Assembly: GCA_963765895.1 (NCBI GenBank)
Contig: CAVXZB010000038.1
Location: forward strand, 131,068 to 195,067
DNA length: 64,000 nucleotides
Direction: 5' to 3'
DNA from: an uncultured Nitrososphaeraceae archaeon
GTDB taxonomy: Archaea; Thermoproteota; Nitrososphaeria; Nitrososphaerales; Nitrososphaeraceae
Shown here: positions 58,623 to 64,000 of the stretch, piece by piece
Layout of the letters: each line of letters opens with the position of its first letter
How positions within the stretch are numbered: the first letter of the stretch is position 1
Program-made: the position numbers and the translations under genes
The notes under the pieces: model-generated
Told to the model about the DNA's origin: nothing
The model's input: only the letters and a program-made list of their open reading frames with translations
Database searches by the model: none

Positions 58623-59350
58623 CTAATTTTCCGAGATCTTTTCCTTTCCTTCTTTAATTAAATTGTATCGAATAAGTATTCTTCTATTTATTCCTATTAA
58701 CAATCCGACAGAAATCATTAATAGCAAATCAAATACTATGGTTGCAAGTACTGCTGTTGAATTATCAATGTAAATTATTCCTCGTCGACTTGGTGTAAAC
58801 AAACTGCCAATAAACAAGACTGATATTATAATTCGTGATGTTGTTCCTATCACATATGCAAGATGAATGTGTGTTCCGCCCTTTACATAAATAGAACCAG
58901 ACTTTGAGTCCTTCCAGAACGACATAAGCCGATTTGAGTGTAAATAAGAATAATATGCTAAACCAAGAAACAATATTAAATAAGGAATAAGATATAAAAT
59001 TGGAATGCCAACGTCATAAAATGAATCGAAGACAACAATAGAACTTAATACTAAAAAGAAAATAGACTCTGCTATAAATTTTGGCTTGGTTACTCTTCTC
59101 CCGTATTTGGTCCATCTGAGTCTGGTAATGATTACAATTACGATTACGATGCTATACAGTATTATCCTACCTATATTGGCTCCTTGTGGTGCTATAGATT
59201 TTTGAACATCTGATAGATGGAGTTTCGAAGGATTAATATTGTTAGACGCAGGCGCATGTGCAGTTTGTATTGAGGAGGAGAGTATAATGAAAATAGTAAT
59301 TATAGATACTATGAGTATCGGCTTCGAATCTTCCCTATAGACGTTACATT
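58623..59350 (-). pseudogene. Multi-pass membrane protein (CcdC/DUF1453-like), broken; 5' end approximate
   Basis: Hydrophobic segments, SFWKDSKSGSIYVKGG, FDLLLMISVGLLIGINRRI. Confidence 0.5.
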
Positions 59351-59712
59351 GCTTTCTTATTTTACTATTACACCATAATCAAGACCACTATCACTCAATT
59401 TAGAGTTTCGACTTATTCTCTGTTTAGACAGAGTGCATATCTTCGTTGAAACTAGCTACTTTTGTTCATATCGCACTTAGACTTAAATTGTTATACTTGT
59501 TCTTTGTTGACTAATTAACCATTCTTGGCAAGCCTGGAAGAATCCTCAATTATGATCATGATATAGATAGGTATTCTGGTTAAATGATTAAGTTCGGTTG
59601 TTAGTTATCCTGATTTATTAATATTCGGAGGAGCAGAAGGCTCTTTTAAAGGAAGAGTTGGAGCTTACCAGGCACTTTTAGATTCTCTTGCAGTACGCCA
59701 CCGCATTAATTT

Positions 59713-60120
59713 TCATGTCGTCTTGATATCCCTCGACAACGACCAACTAAGTATTATTCTTATTGCCACTATAACAGCAAGTGAAATTAGGTCCCTATCC
59801 GATGGAGTTAGTATAGTTTTAATGATGTCACTACCTACTTCGAGGTCTAGGGCAAGAATGAGACTGTTTCCTACAAAGCGCTTTATGCCTTCCTCTTCTT
59901 TTGTTTGCTCGAGCGGAGATCTTCGTATTAGCTTTACGTACATAATAAATCCGCGTATAATGGATATTGCTATAATGACACCAACAGCGATGTCTATCCC
60001 AAGTGTGAGAGAGTCTAAAAAATGTCTGACAAAGTCTTCAAGAGGCATTCCAGGAAATTGCGACTGTTGTTCAAGTACCATTATTATATTTCCGACAAGT
60101 GACTGAACTATAATAACCAT
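59713..60120 (-). CDS. DUF1622 membrane protein
   Basis: LILALDLEVGSDIIKTI.P...LAVIVAIRIILSWSL.RDI. Confidence 0.85.
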   Translation of the reverse strand: MVIIVQSLVGNIIMVLEQQSQFPGMPLEDFVRHFLDSLTLGIDIAVGVIIAISIIRGFIMYVKLIRRSPLEQTKEEEGIKRFVGNSLILALDLEVGSDIIKTILTPSDRDLISLAVIVAIRIILSWSLSRDIKTT

Positions 60121-60689
60121 GTGATAAGTGCTTTTCCTATCAACTAATCATATACGATTACAAACAAGGTACATTCCCTTACCATCAACCAACTAGATGA
60201 TGTAGTATAAATTCCATGGAAGCTAATTATTGTGGAACATTTTAAAATTTTTCGGAGCTTCCCATAGCAAACAGAAGTGGATTTATTGCTGCTGGCCCAG
60301 AGATTCCAATAGCCGTGGCCTTAGTTCCAGTTGGCCAACCACTGATTTCTGCACGAATTTCCCATATATGAGTTGCCTCCAAAAGTGCAATAAGTAAAGT
60401 TCCACATAAATTCGGTTATACTTCTCTAGCAAGATTTTCAGATTGTTAGTTTATAAAGTTCAAGAACGTTAATAATCTTTAAGGGACGACGGCTCTGCTT
60501 TGATGATTATTTCCCTCCTAGAAGAGATATTGTTTGTTAGTGGACAGAGTCATTTGAACTACTGGAATAAATTCCATCTGAATATGATATATAACATATA
60601 TCCATGTCGCGATCTTAAAACCTCTTATTGTGTTAAAGATATGTCAAGTTCCTATAATTGAAGAGCTAAATCGTTGGTACCAACGTTTG

Positions 60690-61424
60690 CATTTAATGAC
60701 CTTCTTTTGTATTCCATAATTCTCTCATTACCAACTATTTCCATCCACTCTTTCACCATACCCTTTCCGAAACTCCATCCAATTTTCTAACTCAGAGTAT
60801 GCCTCAGGCGATAGAAACGAAATATATTCTTCCTCATCTCCGGCATAAACGACTATCTTAGCGGCTAGACGATTTCCTTCTCTTTTGATTGGCATTATGT
60901 GCCGCCAACGCAAATAGTCCCAAGCTTCGAGTCTAATTCCAGAAGACGACATTGTGCAAAACTATACTCTTTATCCTTCTATCTGGATATTCACAGATCT
61001 CCTGGATCTCCTCTATGGTGGGAGCCCGATCGTCAGCATGTCTTCTACTCTTTGGCAGGCCTCGAGTCATTTTTTTTCCATGCAATTGGAATATCTGTTA
61101 TTTCACAGAATAACTTTAGTGAATTAACGGAGTTCCGAAGAGTTGCTCCTGTGATATCCCTTTTTTCAACTCTCTCCTTTTGAAATTGTAAAAACTTTAT
61201 GATACAGTGGAATGCCCTTTTGGATATCTTATTCCATTTGTCGCAAAGCAGTTGCATCTTTCCTCCATGCTTGTATTAACAAGTAGATCAATATGATTAA
61301 AGAAGGCGCGTAGCCGCCTGAGGTAGTAGTCTCTTGTGACTGGCGATCTCACCGCATACAAGAACAGTGAATTTGCGTCTGATACTTCATCTGACTCCTC
61401 TTTCACATGCAGTCTGATTTGCAA
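60690..61424 (-). pseudogene. Second tyrosine integrase, frameshifted and C-terminally truncated
   Basis: FLYAVRSPVTRDYYLRRL, TLRNSVNSLKLFCE, SSSGIRLEAWDYL (catalytic R), IVVYAGDEEEYISFLSPEAY; no HxxR or Tyr region follows. Confidence 0.85.
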
Positions 61425-61478
61425 TTATCTAGTTTCATTTTTTTTCAAGTGAATCCAATTAGAGAACTAATATCACAA

Positions 61479-61510
61479 TGGGGCCAGTGGTTTGTGAACC
61501 AAATATGACT
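61479..61510 (+). repeat. Dispersed ~30-bp motif, family 2, about 55 bp upstream of the second integrase
   Basis: TGGGGCCAGTGGTTTGTGAACCAAATATGACT. Confidence 0.7.
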
Positions 61511-61574
61511 TTATTTTTGGCCCATTTTATGTTGCATAACTACTGTTTGCATGACGGAGTTTGTGTTAGCCGGG

Positions 61575-61790
61575 CTACAGATTCAACTTAGCCTCAGGAT
61601 GTTCTTGGTGTTGTTCTTGCACAGATTGATCGGTTGTATGTCGTTTCAAGAATTTACTAGCGGGAAAAATTACACCAGAAAGTATTGCCCATAGTCCACC
61701 TATGACAATCAGTAGGAACGCCTGGCCAGTAAGAGTTAAAGTAGCGTCTTGAGTTGTAATTGCAACAACAAATACTATACCTGCAAACAT
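61575..61790 (-). pseudogene. Membrane-protein fragment (FUSC-like)
   Basis: AFLLIVIGGLWAILSGVIFP; it lacks the rest of a full-length protein. Confidence 0.4.
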
Positions 61791-61958
61791 TAAGAGCTAT
61801 ACCCAATCAGATTTGCAGGAAAGTAGCCATAATGCTAGATCTGGCATTACACTTAGAAAAAAATAGGTTCTAAATTGACATCACTCTTAAATATTATTAA
61901 GTCCTACCAGTTATTTATCGATAGAATTTAAGGAATTAATTATTTAATAATCCCTATA

Positions 61959-63992
61959 ATGATAATGTGGTTAGTGCACCTGATAGCATTATCTTTTTTG
62001 ATAGGAATTTTATTTTTAATATCAGTCTCAGAAGCGAGGGGCGTCTTTACTGCACACGGACAATCGATGGAATTATCAGAAGCAAAAAGTAGAGAATGCC
62101 CAGGTCCGGTCCCAGAACCTAGTATGACGATTATTACTCCCCCATGTAATAGGAAAACTACAGTTAGTACAATAAACGCTACTAGTTCAGCAGGAGCAAT
62201 TGTCAAATATAACCCAACCTTAAGAGGAGAAAAGGTTTCAGCCACGTGCCTACCACCATCTGGATCAATGCTTCCGATAGGAAATAATTCTATTACATGT
62301 ACTGCCATCGACAAACAAGGCACGGTGGTTATGCAAAAGTTTGTCATAACGGTTGCTACTGACAGAACACCCCCAAGGATACAAATACCCAATCACAATC
62401 TTATAGTTGCTAATGCTACCAATGCAAATGGTACTAGAATCAACTATGCCAAGTCTATATCGGTAACCGATAATGTGGCCACAAATATACATCCTATATG
62501 CCAACCCATAGCTTCTGGTCAGGTATTTCCAGTAGGAAATACTACTATCGTTTGTACAGCCAAGGATAATAGCAATAATACAGCAAAAGCATCATTTGTT
62601 GTAGTAATTGCTGACAGAATACCCCCAAGGATACAAGTACCCAATCACAATCTTATAGTTGCTAATGCTACCAATGCAAGAGGATCTGTTGTTGACTATA
62701 ATGTAAGTGCAACAGACAACGTGGCCACAAATATACATCCTATATGCCAACCCATAGCTTCTGGTCAGGTATTTCCAGTAGGAAATACTACTATCGTTTG
62801 TACAGCCAAGGATAATAGCAATAATACAGCAAAAGCATCATTTGTTGTAGTAATTGCTGACAGAATACCCCCAAGGATACAAGTACCCAATCACAATCTT
62901 ATAGTTGCTAATGCTACCAATGCAAGAGGATCTGTTGTTGACTATAATGTAAGTGCAACAGACAACGTGGCCACAAATATACATCCTATATGCCAACCCA
63001 TAGCTTCTGGTCAGGTATTTCCAGTAGGAAATACTACTATCGTTTGTACAGCCAAGGATAATAGCAATAATACAGCAAAAGCATCATTTGTTGTAGTAAT
63101 TGCTGACAGAATACCCCCAAGGATACAAGTACCCAATCACAATCTTATAGTTGCTAATGCTACCAATGCAAGAGGATCTGTTGTTGACTATAATGTAAGT
63201 GCAACAGACAACGTGGCCACAAATATACATCCTATATGCCAACCCATAGCTTCTGGTCAGGTATTTCCAGTAGGAAATACTACTATCGTTTGTACAGCCA
63301 AGGATAATAGCAATAATACAGCAAAAGCATCATTTGTTGTAGTAATTGCTGACAGAATACCCCCAAGGATACAAGTACCCAATCACAATCTTATAGTTGC
63401 TAATGCTACCAATGCAAGAGGATTTGTTGTTGACTATAATGTAAGTGCAACAGACAACGTGGCCACAAATATACAAAACGTGGCCACAAATATACATCCT
63501 ATATGCCAACCCATAGCTTCTGGTCAGGTATTTCCAGTAGGAAATACTACTATCGTTTGTACAGCCAAGGATAATAGCAATAATACAGCAAAAGCATCAT
63601 TTGTTGTAGTAATTGCTGACAGAATACCCCCAAGGATACAAGTACCCAATCACAATCTTATAGTTGCTAATGCTACCAATGCAAGAGGATCTGTTGTTGA
63701 CTATAATGTAAGTGCAACAGACAACGTGGCCACAAATATACATCCTATATGCCAACCCATAGCTTCTGGTCAGGTATTTCCAGTAGGAAATACTACTATC
63801 GTTTGTACAGCCAAGGATAATAGCAATAATACAGCAAAAACATCATTTGTTGTAATAGTAAAAAATAAAGAGGTAGTTTCCACTAGATCTAATGGTCTTA
63901 TCTTAGCAATAATTCTGATAATTATCGCAGGTGCCATCGCGGCAGCGATTTTTATTTATAGACGAAGTCGTCAGGAAAAATATTCGATTTGA
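61959..63992 (+). CDS. Cell-surface protein with tandem HYR domains and a C-terminal membrane anchor
   Basis: Signal peptide; repeats D..PP.I..P..L.V.AT...G..V.Y.VSATDNV....C....G..FPVG.TT.VCTA.D...N.A..SF.V.V; TM helix followed by RRSRQEK. Confidence 0.92.
   Translation: MIMWLVHLIALSFLIGILFLISVSEARGVFTAHGQSMELSEAKSRECPGPVPEPSMTIITPPCNRKTTVSTINATSSAGAIVKYNPTLRGEKVSATCLPPSGSMLPIGNNSITCTAIDKQGTVVMQKFVITVATDRTPPRIQIPNHNLIVANATNANGTRINYAKSISVTDNVATNIHPICQPIASGQVFPVGNTTIVCTAKDNSNNTAKASFVVVIADRIPPRIQVPNHNLIVANATNARGSVVDYNVSATDNVATNIHPICQPIASGQVFPVGNTTIVCTAKDNSNNTAKASFVVVIADRIPPRIQVPNHNLIVANATNARGSVVDYNVSATDNVATNIHPICQPIASGQVFPVGNTTIVCTAKDNSNNTAKASFVVVIADRIPPRIQVPNHNLIVANATNARGSVVDYNVSATDNVATNIHPICQPIASGQVFPVGNTTIVCTAKDNSNNTAKASFVVVIADRIPPRIQVPNHNLIVANATNARGFVVDYNVSATDNVATNIQNVATNIHPICQPIASGQVFPVGNTTIVCTAKDNSNNTAKASFVVVIADRIPPRIQVPNHNLIVANATNARGSVVDYNVSATDNVATNIHPICQPIASGQVFPVGNTTIVCTAKDNSNNTAKTSFVVIVKNKEVVSTRSNGLILAIILIIIAGAIAAAIFIYRRSRQEKYSI
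62359..63855 (+). repeat. Six near-identical ~246-bp intragenic repeats (HYR units)
   Basis: Unit starts at 62359, 62611, 62857, 63103, 63349 and 63616; unit 5 has a 21-bp internal duplication. Confidence 0.95.
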
Positions 63993-64000
63993 AGGTGGAA

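Noticed and set aside
61479-61500. tRNA gene or tRNA-derived att site beside integrase 2
   Set aside because: The reverse complement only loosely resembles a tRNA 3' end, with a non-canonical T-loop and no cloverleaf; it fits the family-2 motif better.

Overview
An AT-rich archaeal window. Gene content (DUF1059 pair, gamma-carbonic anhydrase, large cytoplasmic histidine kinase, HYR surface protein, expanded patatins, TATA-type promoters) suggests a soil ammonia-oxidising archaeon (Nitrososphaeraceae); this taxonomy is inferred. It is almost all accessory DNA, and many genes carry frameshifts or in-frame stops. Mobile content: two IS5-family (ISH1-like) insertions with terminal inverted repeats and perfect 8-bp target duplications, a decayed third copy, and two broken tyrosine integrases. 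The most interesting region is 22.4-29.6 kb. There a tyrosine recombinase is followed by four same-orientation copies of a palindromic non-coding element, interleaved with cassette-like cargo (HicAB, a restriction-modification fragment, zinc-finger micro-proteins, small secreted peptides). A second dispersed ~30-bp motif occurs four times, once just upstream of the second integrase. Several candidate structured RNAs, a 4x19-bp repeat before an HTH gene and some unusual domain fusions are also present. I found no rRNA, complete tRNA or CRISPR array. All calls are by eye; no database searches were run.
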